The notes: generated from the sequence alone by a model not told the origin. DNA of 64,000 bases from Coraliomargaritaceae bacterium (GCA_965656495.1 CBFHKU010000002.1:160001-224000), one strand, 5' to 3'; counted from the first letter of the stretch, positions 28,633 to 38,399 are shown. Made by a program: numbers and translations.

Positions 28633-30204
28633 TTAATCAGTAAACTCACCAAAGGGACGCGCTTCGAATTGCTTCAACTCTTGAGCCAAAGCCTGCTGCG
28701 CACGCGCTGCAGCTTCTGGATTCATGCGGAAGACATTGTCGTGCTCCTCTGGGTCGCTTTTTAAGCGATAGAGCTGATTTGCCTCAAAATAATGCGGGTT
28801 CGCTTGCGAAGCATAGTGGCCTAAATGGCCATTCCGTGTGAGGTATGGCATGTCCATCGGCTCACCATCGAAGCCCCTAAACTTCTTACCCGCATCAATC
28901 TGGCGCTGAACCTTCTCTGGATAACGCACTGCGATGTATTTCCAGTCCTTCGTCTTAATACCGCGCGAGTGCCCTATTTCTGTCATCAGCACGCTACGCA
29001 CTGGTTCCTGACTGCCAAACAAAGCAGGCTTGAAGGAAACGCCGTCAATTTGGTAATCAGACGGGATCTGAGCTCCAATTAAATCAAGTAGAGTCGGCGC
29101 AAAGTCCACATTTGCCACAATCTCGTCGTAGCGCGATCCCGGCTGAATCTTACCCTTCCATAGCATCAGCATCGGCACACGCATACCATAATCGTGTAAA
29201 GTCGCTTTGCCATGACGGTAGGAACCGTGGTCAGGCACAAACACGATCAAGGTATCTTCGGACAGGCCAAGTGCCTCAACCTTGTCGATAATGGCACCCA
29301 CTCCGTCATCCAACCACAAGGCGAAAGCCTTATTATCCTCATAACCGGCAGAACGATTGCGCGCGAGCACATCCTCACGCGAAGGCAAGACCTCGAAACC
29401 TTCTGCGACAAAGCCCTCACCTGTCATCCGTGGATCGGCTTCCAATGAGAACCTATTTGCCCATGGCGCAGGGCCATGATGCAGGGTCGTCGAGAAGTAG
29501 AGAAAGAAGGGCTCGTCCCGATAGGCATCCAGGAAGTCGAAGGCCTTCGCGACGGTCCAGTCGAGGTTATGCACGTTTAGCTCTTCATTGCGGAGCTCCT
29601 TCAAGTTTGCCGCGTAGAATCCATCAACAAAATCAAAACCAAAGGGCTTCATCGCCTCACACCATTTCTCGTGGTTGCGACGCATTTTACCGTTCACCTC
29701 CGGATCACGCGGGTCGGCATTTTTATCGTAAGTTTCAAAGCCATTCGATTTCCAATCGCCCTTGATCCACTCATGATGAATCAAGTGGCTCTTACCAACA
29801 AACCCAGTCTTGTAGCCATTCTTCTGCAAGACGCGTGGCAAGTTCCAGAGGTCTTCCTCCAACTCACCGATATTTTCCACCTGCGTTTGGTCGCCCAGCG
29901 GGTGCTCCTTCATGAAGATCGGTCCACGGCAATTACCCGCATAACGCCCAGTTAGAAAGCTGTATCGCGAGGGCGAACAGACTGTCGAAGTCACATTAAA
30001 ATCAGTCAGGTAAAGTCCATCCGCTGCCATCCCATCAATACGGGGCGTGTGTACCTTGCCTCCCATAAAACCAAGCGAGTCCCAACTCTGATCGTCGGTG
30101 ATGATAAGAATAACATTGGGCGTCTTAGTAGCCATCAATGACTGCGTCAAAAAGAACACAGACAGGATCGCTAGCAATCGAAGTGGTTTCTCAAAAAGTA
30201 TCAT
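28633..30204 (-). CDS. S1 sulfatase (same subgroup as 14641-16317 and 35043-36710)
   Basis: PNVILIITDDQ, CSPSRYSFLTGRYA, GKSH, PDHG, WKYIAVRYP. Confidence 0.93.
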   Translation of the reverse strand: MILFEKPLRLLAILSVFFLTQSLMATKTPNVILIITDDQSWDSLGFMGGKVHTPRIDGMAADGLYLTDFNVTSTVCSPSRYSFLTGRYAGNCRGPIFMKEHPLGDQTQVENIGELEEDLWNLPRVLQKNGYKTGFVGKSHLIHHEWIKGDWKSNGFETYDKNADPRDPEVNGKMRRNHEKWCEAMKPFGFDFVDGFYAANLKELRNEELNVHNLDWTVAKAFDFLDAYRDEPFFLYFSTTLHHGPAPWANRFSLEADPRMTGEGFVAEGFEVLPSREDVLARNRSAGYEDNKAFALWLDDGVGAIIDKVEALGLSEDTLIVFVPDHGSYRHGKATLHDYGMRVPMLMLWKGKIQPGSRYDEIVANVDFAPTLLDLIGAQIPSDYQIDGVSFKPALFGSQEPVRSVLMTEIGHSRGIKTKDWKYIAVRYPEKVQRQIDAGKKFRGFDGEPMDMPYLTRNGHLGHYASQANPHYFEANQLYRLKSDPEEHDNVFRMNPEAAARAQQALAQELKQFEARPFGEFTD

Positions 30205-30314
30205 GCTAAATTATCAGTGAAAGGTGTGAGCGGCTGGTATCATCTCGCGGCAGTAATGAAGATGTGATGACTACCCCAGAAACTGCGCGAACAAACCAGC
30301 TCACACAAAATAGT

Positions 30315-31817
30315 TTATTTCTCTTTGAGCTCCCAACGATATGTTTCCCCATCCACAACCAGCCTGAGCTGATTCACGGCCAAGCCGGGTTCAGCAAAGG
30401 TCTCAGGTGCCTCCGACGCAAGCTTCGCTATAATGGTATCAAACTCCGGGTTGCTCGCCAAGTTAGTCCACTCGTTCGGGTCTTTGCGCACATCGTAGAG
30501 TTCTTCAGTGCCATCCGCGTAGCGGATATAGCGCCAATCCTGATTCATGATGGCATACTCGTTCGGCTTCATACCCGACAAAAGAACGCTGCGGTCTTGA
30601 GCCGACGACGGCTGTTTTAAGACATCCACAACCGACACGCCGTCCAGCCCCGAATCATGCGGGATCGAACAGAGTTCAAGCAGGGTCGGATACATATCGA
30701 TCAAGCTAGCCGACGCATCGACACTTTCACCATGCGCAATGCCCGGCCCCGCCCACATAAATGGCACATTCGAAGTGCGCTCCCAAAGCGTGTGCTTGCC
30801 CCAATCAAATTTCTCACCGTGGTGATAGCCGTGGTCACTCCAGAGCACGAGGATGGTGTTCTGCGAATTTGGCCCTTCTGCCAGTGCGTCCAACACTCGA
30901 CCAAGCATCGCATCGGCATAAGAAACACAAGCGAGATAGCCGAGGATTGCATCCTCGATCGCATCCAATTTCTCTAAACGACGATGGTGTGCGCTACGGC
31001 CCGTCTTGGCTTTCCTCACTTTATCAGGTAGGTCTTCGAGGTCGCTCTCGAGATAAGGCGGCAACTCAATCTTTTCGCGGTCATACAGATCAAAATACTT
31101 CTTCGGCGCGTAATTAGGAAAGTGCGGCGTGTAGAGACCAACCGCCAGAAAGAACGGTTGATCATGCCTCTGCTTCAAAATCTCGCAGGCCCAATTCGTG
31201 CGCATCGTGTCGGCCATCTTTTCTTCGTTCTCATTCAGAACAGGCCCCCATTCGAGGAAGAACTGGTTGGCCGGTTTGCGGTCGTGATTAAAAATACTGG
31301 CAGGATACGGATCCGGAAGGATTGGGTCGTCCAAGGTCCAACTGTCCAATGCCCAGCCATTCTGACGCTGCTCCTCGCTGCGCAGATAGAAGGCATCCCA
31401 ACCACGTTGATCGATAAAGCCCTTCGGGTGATGAAAGAGCTTGCCCGCACCATAGGTCAGGTAGCCTGCCTTCTGAAAGGCAAGCTGCAGTGGCGTCACC
31501 TCGGGTAAATTATGATAATAGACCTGCCCCGTGTAACAACCGGTGGTGCTGGCATGGCGACCCGTAAAGATCGCACTGCGCGACGGCGCACAATAAGAAC
31601 CGGCGGTGTGCGCGTTCTGGAACGTCACGCCAAGTTTAGCGAGGCGATCCATGTTCGGCGTAATTGCCTGTGAGTAGCCCATCGGATTGATCCAGTCGTT
31701 CAAATCATCGAGCGCAAAAAAGATCACGTTCGGACGTTCTTTCGCTGCTTCCATACAGAGCGTCGCGAGCAAAGCGACGCCAGCCATAGACAGGCGTTTG
31801 GGAAGATGTCTTTTCAT
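30315..31817 (-). CDS. S1 sulfatase, iduronate-2-sulfatase/choline-sulfatase-like
   Basis: RPNVIFFALDDLND, CAPSRSAIFTG, GKLFH, WSDHGYHHGEK..WGKHTLW. Confidence 0.93.
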   Translation of the reverse strand: MKRHLPKRLSMAGVALLATLCMEAAKERPNVIFFALDDLNDWINPMGYSQAITPNMDRLAKLGVTFQNAHTAGSYCAPSRSAIFTGRHASTTGCYTGQVYYHNLPEVTPLQLAFQKAGYLTYGAGKLFHHPKGFIDQRGWDAFYLRSEEQRQNGWALDSWTLDDPILPDPYPASIFNHDRKPANQFFLEWGPVLNENEEKMADTMRTNWACEILKQRHDQPFFLAVGLYTPHFPNYAPKKYFDLYDREKIELPPYLESDLEDLPDKVRKAKTGRSAHHRRLEKLDAIEDAILGYLACVSYADAMLGRVLDALAEGPNSQNTILVLWSDHGYHHGEKFDWGKHTLWERTSNVPFMWAGPGIAHGESVDASASLIDMYPTLLELCSIPHDSGLDGVSVVDVLKQPSSAQDRSVLLSGMKPNEYAIMNQDWRYIRYADGTEELYDVRKDPNEWTNLASNPEFDTIIAKLASEAPETFAEPGLAVNQLRLVVDGETYRWELKEK

Positions 31818-31842
31818 TGATTTGGGGGTTCGAATAAGGTCT

Positions 31843-33369
31843 TTAGCGGGTAATCAATGCCCATGCCTCACGATACAAGTCAGCGGCGTCTTTCCATTCA
31901 ATGCTCCTGCCCTCAAAGTCACCCAGACTTTCGCCAAAAGCCGATAGCCACAGATCTTCTCGGAACAAGTGCAGTTGATCCGGCTGGATCGATCCATGAC
32001 GCGCGACAAACTCCGGCATCATCATCAGGCCACGGCGGAACTGGTCTGAGCTTGCACGTGCTGCTTGTAGCCAATTGCAGCCATGCTCCAGTTCACTGGA
32101 ACTCGGTGTACGCCCAAGCATTTCCTCGTAGGCCGTCGTGACAACAGCCATCACTTCAATCTCGCCGTAGGCATAGTCACGATACCCCATCGAATTGCGC
32201 GGCAAGTGATTACAGCGCAACAAGTGCGATATATGGCGCTCCATTTTCTTAAATTCCGGCTGTATTTCACAATCGGTGACAACTTCCGGGTTCATGATAA
32301 AGGCCGTTGGATCGTCCGGTGGGAGTTGGGGATTCAAGCCCTCTCCGATTCCTGAATAGCGCGCGCTGCTTTTATTGCCGGTAATAGTGAACTCACTGAT
32401 GCCACTCAGGATGATACCGTAAGCTGCGGCATCACCGCTTATTAAATTATTGGTTACTGAGCCGCCGACAAAGGTAAAGCCCTTCTTGCTCGGCACCCAA
32501 GGGACGGCTCCCACTGGAATTCCCATGTGGATTCGGCCACCCCGCGCATCAATCCAGTTGTCATTGATCACCACCCCGCGGTAATCGATCCGCGTTTCGT
32601 CATCCTCGAAAGCCCAGAACTTGAGCGGATCCACAAGGTTTATGCCCCCAAGCGATTCGCGTGCCACTGCAGCAATAACATTCCCTTCCGATACGCTCCC
32701 CGGCGCACCGAAAAACACCATCCCAACATCCGTCGGGTCGATGATAACATTATTACGAACCGTAGTGCGCTGCGCCGCACAGGAAATGCCATCTCCCCAT
32801 GACATGCCATTGATATGTGGGTTTTCGGTGCCTTCGCGACCGTTGCCACGCACATCCGCTCCAGCTCCGAAGAATATGTTATCCTCCACCAACACATCAG
32901 AACCGCCTTCGTGCACCTTCAGCGTCGACCAGGTGCGCGCCCCCACAAATACACAACGGCGCACCACCTGTCGTTCAGCCCCCTTCCCTCCAAAGAAAAC
33001 CATTGGAGGCCCGCCAAATTCTTTCGACAGTGACGAGAGTCGGTAGCGGTTTCCGTCCAAAACGACCTGTTCAATGACAACACCGTCAAGATGGTTGCCA
33101 TTGATCAACTGCCCCTGCTCCCGGTTCGCGATGCGCAAGGTGGCATAATCGGACAAGGACTTTGGCTGATAAGTCGCAATGCGCTGCCCTTCCCATTTGA
33201 AGACGAGCGGCGCGTTCAACTCATAGACCTGCCCCGCTTCCAGCAGCAAGTCATCACCGGCATCCAGAACCGCCTGCAGATCGTTACCGACCGGTGTCGT
33301 TTGCCCGATCAAAAAGAGCGGCAACCACGCCATTGAAGCACCGAGCGCAACTGAAAGAGATAAACGCAT
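31843..33369 (-). CDS. Exported right-handed beta-helix protein with C-terminal DUF4214-like helical domain
   Basis: Signal peptide; LQAVLDAG cap; LDGNR, WGDGISCA, VRNNVIIDPTDVGMVFFGAPGS, GGINLVD coils; C-terminal AYEEMLGRTPS..W..PEF. ATG at 33369 preferred over TTG at 33381. Confidence 0.7.
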   Translation of the reverse strand: MRLSLSVALGASMAWLPLFLIGQTTPVGNDLQAVLDAGDDLLLEAGQVYELNAPLVFKWEGQRIATYQPKSLSDYATLRIANREQGQLINGNHLDGVVIEQVVLDGNRYRLSSLSKEFGGPPMVFFGGKGAERQVVRRCVFVGARTWSTLKVHEGGSDVLVEDNIFFGAGADVRGNGREGTENPHINGMSWGDGISCAAQRTTVRNNVIIDPTDVGMVFFGAPGSVSEGNVIAAVARESLGGINLVDPLKFWAFEDDETRIDYRGVVINDNWIDARGGRIHMGIPVGAVPWVPSKKGFTFVGGSVTNNLISGDAAAYGIILSGISEFTITGNKSSARYSGIGEGLNPQLPPDDPTAFIMNPEVVTDCEIQPEFKKMERHISHLLRCNHLPRNSMGYRDYAYGEIEVMAVVTTAYEEMLGRTPSSSELEHGCNWLQAARASSDQFRRGLMMMPEFVARHGSIQPDQLHLFREDLWLSAFGESLGDFEGRSIEWKDAADLYREAWALITR

Positions 33370-33403
33370 GGTAGAATTCAATGGATAGGACAGAAGACCA
33401 CAA

Positions 33404-33419
33404 GGTTAAACGTATTACC
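33404..33419. promoter_or_regulatory. Putative LacI-family operator
   Basis: GGTTAAACGTATTACC, 6/8 symmetric pairs around CG, in the divergent intergenic region. Confidence 0.5.
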
Positions 33420-33530
33420 ATTATTGAATTTCGAAATGCGTCCAGTAAAATCAGCTACTCAAATCACTTAGGATTTATGCTTCGTAGCCTTAGCTTGAGC
33501 AATGCCAAAGAAAGAGAATTGACACCCAAT

Positions 33531-33543
33531 GATTAAACGTTTC
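33531..33543. promoter_or_regulatory. Putative LacI-family operator near a TTGACA hexamer
   Basis: GATTAAACGTTT matches 23718-23729 exactly; TTGACA at 33519-33524. Confidence 0.55.
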
Positions 33544-33580
33544 CGCTTATAAGGCAATTAGGACGCAATAAATAAACAAC

Positions 33581-35008
33581 ATGCAAAGCCACATTCGATC
33601 CTGCTTTGCCTGCGCTTTTACTGCGCTGGCTCTAGCCTCAACCTTGAGCGCTCACGCAACGCCTCCCAAACCACTGAACGTGCTTATGATCATCATTGAT
33701 GATCTACGCACCGAACTGGGATGCTATGGAGTGGATGCAGTCAGCTCCCCTCATATCGACCGACTGGCCCGGAAAGGCATGCGCTTTGAAAACGCCTACG
33801 CGCAATATCCGGTTTGCAACCCCAGCCGCTCATCCTTCCTCTCTGGCCTGCGCCCGGACGAAGTTGGCATCATTTCCAATGAGGTGCCGCTCCGCCGCAT
33901 ACAACCCGACCTTGTTACGCTGCCGCAGTTATTCCGCGAGAACGGCTACTTCACCGCCGGCCTTGGCAAAATCTACCACCTCAGCGTAGATGAGAAACAC
34001 GAAGATGGCAGGAAGGTTCTGTTCGAAGACCCACAATCATGGGACTACTTTTTCGACGCACTGGGAAAGACAACCAAGCTCGGCCAACAGGGCGAAGGCC
34101 GCAACCTGACCAACGGAAAGATCCCTTGGGCCACCTGGCAAGCCACCGAAGGTGATGATCTCGACCAACCCGACGGCCAAATTGCAGCTGAAGCGGTTCG
34201 CATTCTTGAAGAAAACCACGACAAGCCCTTCTTCATTGGTTATGGCATCCATAAGCCACACGACCCTTTCATCGCGCCAAAAAAGTATTTCGATCTCTAC
34301 CCCGAAGGAAGCACCCAACTCGCAGTTGAGCCCGACGACCGTAGCACACCTGTCCGACTCGCGGTACCCAACAATACCGACTTCGCCGAATTCACTGATC
34401 AGGAACGCCGAGAATTCAAGCGCGCTTATCAGGCGGGCACCAGCTTTGCCGATGCGCAAGTAGGCAAGATCTTTGCAACAATGGACCGCCTTAATCTCTG
34501 GAACAACACCATCGTCGTGCTTTTTGGCGACCACGGCTATCACTTGGGTGAGCACGGCTGGTGGAACAAAGTGACGGTGTTCGAAGACGGCGCGCGCGCC
34601 CCGATGATCGTTTGGGTGCCTGAAGCTGCCGGCATGGGCAAGCCCACTCAATCGATCATGGAGTTCCTCGACCTCTACCCTACGCTGATTGACTACACCG
34701 GACTCAAAGCTCCGCACACCCTTTCCGGCAAAAGCCTCCGCCCCATCCTCGAAAATCCAGAGGCCGAAGTCAAAAAAGCCGGCTACACACAAGTCAACCG
34801 TGGCGATATCATTGGCCGCAGTGTTCGCACGGCCCGCTGGCGCTACACCGAATGGGGCGAGGACGGCAAGCATGGCGCCGAACTTTACGACCACAGCAAA
34901 GACTCCGGCGAATACTATAACCTCGCCAACAATCCGGAGTATGCGAGCATTCGCCAACAAATGAAGCAAGACCTTGATAAAGGCTTCGGCCCCTACACCG
35001 GCAAATAA
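33581..35008 (+). CDS. S1 sulfatase, iduronate-2-sulfatase-like
   Basis: NVLMIIIDDLR, CNPSRSSFLSG, GKIYH, KPHDPF, GDHGYHLGEH. Confidence 0.94.
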   Translation: MQSHIRSCFACAFTALALASTLSAHATPPKPLNVLMIIIDDLRTELGCYGVDAVSSPHIDRLARKGMRFENAYAQYPVCNPSRSSFLSGLRPDEVGIISNEVPLRRIQPDLVTLPQLFRENGYFTAGLGKIYHLSVDEKHEDGRKVLFEDPQSWDYFFDALGKTTKLGQQGEGRNLTNGKIPWATWQATEGDDLDQPDGQIAAEAVRILEENHDKPFFIGYGIHKPHDPFIAPKKYFDLYPEGSTQLAVEPDDRSTPVRLAVPNNTDFAEFTDQERREFKRAYQAGTSFADAQVGKIFATMDRLNLWNNTIVVLFGDHGYHLGEHGWWNKVTVFEDGARAPMIVWVPEAAGMGKPTQSIMEFLDLYPTLIDYTGLKAPHTLSGKSLRPILENPEAEVKKAGYTQVNRGDIIGRSVRTARWRYTEWGEDGKHGAELYDHSKDSGEYYNLANNPEYASIRQQMKQDLDKGFGPYTGK

Positions 35009-35042
35009 CCAAGGTTTTATAACCTTCGACAGCCCCTTGTGC

Positions 35043-36710
35043 ATGCGCTTTAAAACTGCCTTGAGCCTTGTTTTAGCTGCCTTAAATATACACGCAGCAA
35101 AGCCCAACATAATCCTGTTCCTAATCGACGATCAGGACAAATCGAGCATCGGTGCTTACGGAGGCAATACCCTTACCCCCCATCTGGATCAGATGGCACG
35201 CGAGGGGATCCTCTTCCACCGCGCATATGCATCAAGCACCGTCTGCAATCCATCGCGCTACAGCTTCCATACCGGTCGTTATGCCGGTAATTCCTACTAC
35301 AAAGAATTCGTTTCGAGCTACCCAACCAGTCATCAGAGCCACATCGCATTCAACACCGCACTAGAAGCAGATAATATGAACGTAGGGGCGGTGCTCGCGC
35401 AAAACGGCTATGCCACTGGCTTTACTGGAAAATTCCACATGGGTGGGTACGAAGGCTTCAGCAAGGACGCTACAGAAGGATTCGGACTCAGCCTCATACC
35501 GAAAGACGCAACCGCTAGCCCGGAAATATCCGAAGCCTTCCGTAAAAACGAGCAGATCGCTCGTGACTACGTCAAAAGCCGTGGCTTCACTTGGGCAAAA
35601 AACATCTACCTGGGGAATATGCAGCCCCCTTACCGCACGCAAAACCCCGAGTGGAATCTGGCTGCAGCCTATGAGTTCATCGAGGAAAATGCCCAAAAAG
35701 AAAAGCCCTTCTACTTGAGCTTCTGCCTCACACTCTTACATGATGGCGTTGGCACCTGGCCGAAGTCACTTGACCTCCCCCACCACACAGGCGCTGGCGA
35801 AGTTGAACCCGATCCGGCGGTGATTGCCAACCGCAACAAGCTCAAGCAAATCATTGCTCAGTCCGGCATCAAAAACAAAGCACAGTTAACCGGCGAAGTT
35901 TGGGTCGATGCCACACTAGGTGCCCTCATGTCAAAGCTGGAGGAACTGGGCATTGATGAAAACACCATCGTCGTTTTTGCACCCGACCATGGCATCAGCG
36001 GCAAGGGCTCTATCTACGACAAGGACGCGACCAACATCCCAATGATCATACGCTGGCCAGCCGGCATCCCCGCTGGATTGGAATCCAATGCACTGGTGCA
36101 GAACATAGACCTTGTGCCGACCTTCTTCGAACTCGCCGGCGCGAAGGTGCCGACAGAATACAAGATGGATGGCATCAGCCTATCACCGCTCTTCACCAAC
36201 GGCAAAGTTGCCGACTGGCGCGACACCCTCTACTTTGAGATTGGTTGCTCCCGAGGCATCATGACCCAAGACTGGAAATACATCGCCAACCGCTACCCCA
36301 CCGACCGCCTTAGTGAGATCCAAAGCAACAAACTTCCACAGCGCCTTCCGCAATTAATGGCGCCACTCAATCGCCTAGGAATCGGCACATTCGGTGCGGC
36401 ACACCCCGGCTTCTTCGAGGAAGATCAACTTTACTCACTTAAAAACGACCCGGATGAAATGAAGAACCTCGCCGACAACCCGGAACATCAGGCAGTGCTT
36501 GAGACCATGCAGCAAAAACTCACTACCGTCTTGGAATCAATCGGCAACGCCTACGGCGAATTTCTCCCCGGCGCCAACACCACCACTCCCGGACAAATCG
36601 ACGAACAAGTTGAACTCGCAAAGCAAATCCGCATCGAGCACAAGACCGTTTACCTCCCCGAGGGCCATGGCGGTACCATTTGGAAAGAAGGCAAGCTGCA
36701 AACCAAGTAG
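35043..36710 (+). CDS. S1 sulfatase, close paralog of 14641-16317
   Basis: Start moved to MRFK (35043); KPNIILFLIDDQDK, CNPSRYSFHTGRYA, WAKNIYLGNM, PDHG. Confidence 0.93.
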   Translation: MRFKTALSLVLAALNIHAAKPNIILFLIDDQDKSSIGAYGGNTLTPHLDQMAREGILFHRAYASSTVCNPSRYSFHTGRYAGNSYYKEFVSSYPTSHQSHIAFNTALEADNMNVGAVLAQNGYATGFTGKFHMGGYEGFSKDATEGFGLSLIPKDATASPEISEAFRKNEQIARDYVKSRGFTWAKNIYLGNMQPPYRTQNPEWNLAAAYEFIEENAQKEKPFYLSFCLTLLHDGVGTWPKSLDLPHHTGAGEVEPDPAVIANRNKLKQIIAQSGIKNKAQLTGEVWVDATLGALMSKLEELGIDENTIVVFAPDHGISGKGSIYDKDATNIPMIIRWPAGIPAGLESNALVQNIDLVPTFFELAGAKVPTEYKMDGISLSPLFTNGKVADWRDTLYFEIGCSRGIMTQDWKYIANRYPTDRLSEIQSNKLPQRLPQLMAPLNRLGIGTFGAAHPGFFEEDQLYSLKNDPDEMKNLADNPEHQAVLETMQQKLTTVLESIGNAYGEFLPGANTTTPGQIDEQVELAKQIRIEHKTVYLPEGHGGTIWKEGKLQTK

Positions 36711-36772
36711 ATCCAGAATTTTTCATTTGGAAATAGGATCTGAGACGCCCGTCTACAATATTGCACCACCCC

Positions 36773-36817
36773 GCCCCTACTTGCGTGAAGGCTTTTTTGG
36801 TCGGGGTGACAGGATTG
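36773..36817 (-). repeat. Duplicated tRNA-Pro 3' end plus decayed terminator (attR-like, distal copy)
   Basis: TGGTCGGGGTGACAGGATT (36798-36816) is identical to tRNA 38584-38602; the full 45 bp is 42/45 identical to 38407-38451. Confidence 0.88.
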
Positions 36818-36993
36818 ATTCACTTCGCCAAGGGCTTCGCCCCAATGCTACCCATTGCCCTTCTTCGCTTCGCTGCGTCTAATTCTACAAAATGATAAAA
36901 CATCCCCACTGCCGGCAATGAGGATGGAAATACAAATTTAGAAAATAACGCCATAATCACATAATTTTTGATCTGAAAGGAAGCACATGTACG

Positions 36994-37024
36994 TGTAATT
37001 TTAAAGTTGAACTTTCAAATTGCA
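36994..37024. promoter_or_regulatory. 31-bp inverted repeat upstream of the AAA/DUF4143 gene (putative auto-operator)
   Basis: TGTAATTTTAAAGTT-G-AACTTTCAAATTGCA, 13/15 symmetric pairs. Confidence 0.55.
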
Positions 37025-37040
37025 TAACAATACTAGAGGC

Positions 37041-38210
37041 ATGATTCAAAGAACCGCAGCAAAGCTGATAACTCAACTAGCAAAAGAATTTCCAGCAGTA
37101 GCGATCACGGGCCCTAGGCAATCCGGAAAAACCACCCTGGTCCGTGAGTGCTTCAAAACAAAGCCTTACATCAACCTGGAAGATCTTGATCAGTATCAAT
37201 TCGCGAAGGGAGATCCAAAGGGATTTTTAGGACAATTTAAGAACGGAGCCATATTAGATGAAGTGCAGCGTTGCCCGGACCTCTTCAATTACCTACAGCG
37301 CATCATCGATGAAGATCAACGTAACGGCCTCTACATCCTCACTGGTTCTTCTCAATTTCAACTCAACAAACAGATATCGCAAAGTCTCGCGGGAAGGGTC
37401 GGAAACCTCTCACTGCTACCCTTCTCCATTGCCGAATTAAAAACGGGAAGAAAATTCAACGAATCCATCGATCACAATCTATTCCATGGCTTTTATCCAC
37501 GTATAATCGCCAAAGGCAGCACACCGCGACGGTGGCTCAACGCCTATATCGAGACCTACATTGAAAAAGACATACGTCAATTAATGGAAATAAAAAACCG
37601 CGACCGCTTCCTGCGCTTTATTTCTCTATGCGCGGGCAATGTGGGTTCCCTACTCAACCTAAGTCGTATTGCAGCCGATTGCTCCATCACGGTGCCCACC
37701 GCAAAGTCATGGCTAAGCGTGCTGCAAGCCTCCTACATTTGCTTCACGCTCAAACCACATTCCAGCAACTTCAGGAAACGAATCGTTAAGACGCCAAAGC
37801 TCTACTTCTACGACGTTGGACTTGCCTGCCGGCTCCTTGGAATTCAGGAGGAGAGCCAAATAAAAACGCATCCTCTACGTGGCAGTTTATTCGAAAATAT
37901 GGTCGTCACCGATCTGCTCAAAACAAGATTAAATCTGGGAATCGACCCTTCCATGTTTTTTTGGAGAGACAGTGCCGGACTTGAAATCGATCTAATTCTT
38001 GAGAATAACGACAAGCTACAACCAATAGAAATCAAGTCCGGCGAAACATTCACCGCGTCCTGGATGAATAATCTAAATAAGTGGCGCACCCTTGCCGCCA
38101 ATAACAGCACTCAAGCAATGCTTTGCTATGGGGGTAACTGGACAGGACAGCGATCAGAAGCAAAAGTGTTACCATGGCACAAAGTCGTCCAAATAAATGA
38201 GTGCCCTTAG
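37041..38210 (+). CDS. AAA_14 ATPase plus DUF4143 protein with C-terminal PD-(D/E)XK-like motif
   Basis: Walker A GPRQSGKTT, Walker B ILDEVQ, LTGSS, SLAGR, KTPKLYFYDVG, FWRD..EIDL..IEIKS. Start at MIQR (37041). Confidence 0.9.
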   Translation: MIQRTAAKLITQLAKEFPAVAITGPRQSGKTTLVRECFKTKPYINLEDLDQYQFAKGDPKGFLGQFKNGAILDEVQRCPDLFNYLQRIIDEDQRNGLYILTGSSQFQLNKQISQSLAGRVGNLSLLPFSIAELKTGRKFNESIDHNLFHGFYPRIIAKGSTPRRWLNAYIETYIEKDIRQLMEIKNRDRFLRFISLCAGNVGSLLNLSRIAADCSITVPTAKSWLSVLQASYICFTLKPHSSNFRKRIVKTPKLYFYDVGLACRLLGIQEESQIKTHPLRGSLFENMVVTDLLKTRLNLGIDPSMFFWRDSAGLEIDLILENNDKLQPIEIKSGETFTASWMNNLNKWRTLAANNSTQAMLCYGGNWTGQRSEAKVLPWHKVVQINECP

Positions 38211-38306
38211 GCGTTTTGCTCTGGTGAAGCCATACAGGGGCGGATCACGTTGACGCCTGAATTCTTCAGGGTTTTGCGAAACTCTTTCGTAAAAAGCGGA
38301 TCATCC
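38207..38306 (-). pseudogene. Fragment of an integrase-core (DDE) transposase
   Basis: DDPLFTKEFRKTLKNSGVNVIRPCMASPEQNA* resembles the D-x-D-x2-F..F...L...G.....P..SP..NA segment of rve transposases; truncated on both sides. Confidence 0.6.
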
Positions 38307-38399
38307 TCACAAAACTGTATCGTGATCCAACTCAGTGGCCCTTCTTCGCTTCGCTCCGTCAAACCTGCTTCGCAGATTCTCATCTCTGGCACCCAACGA

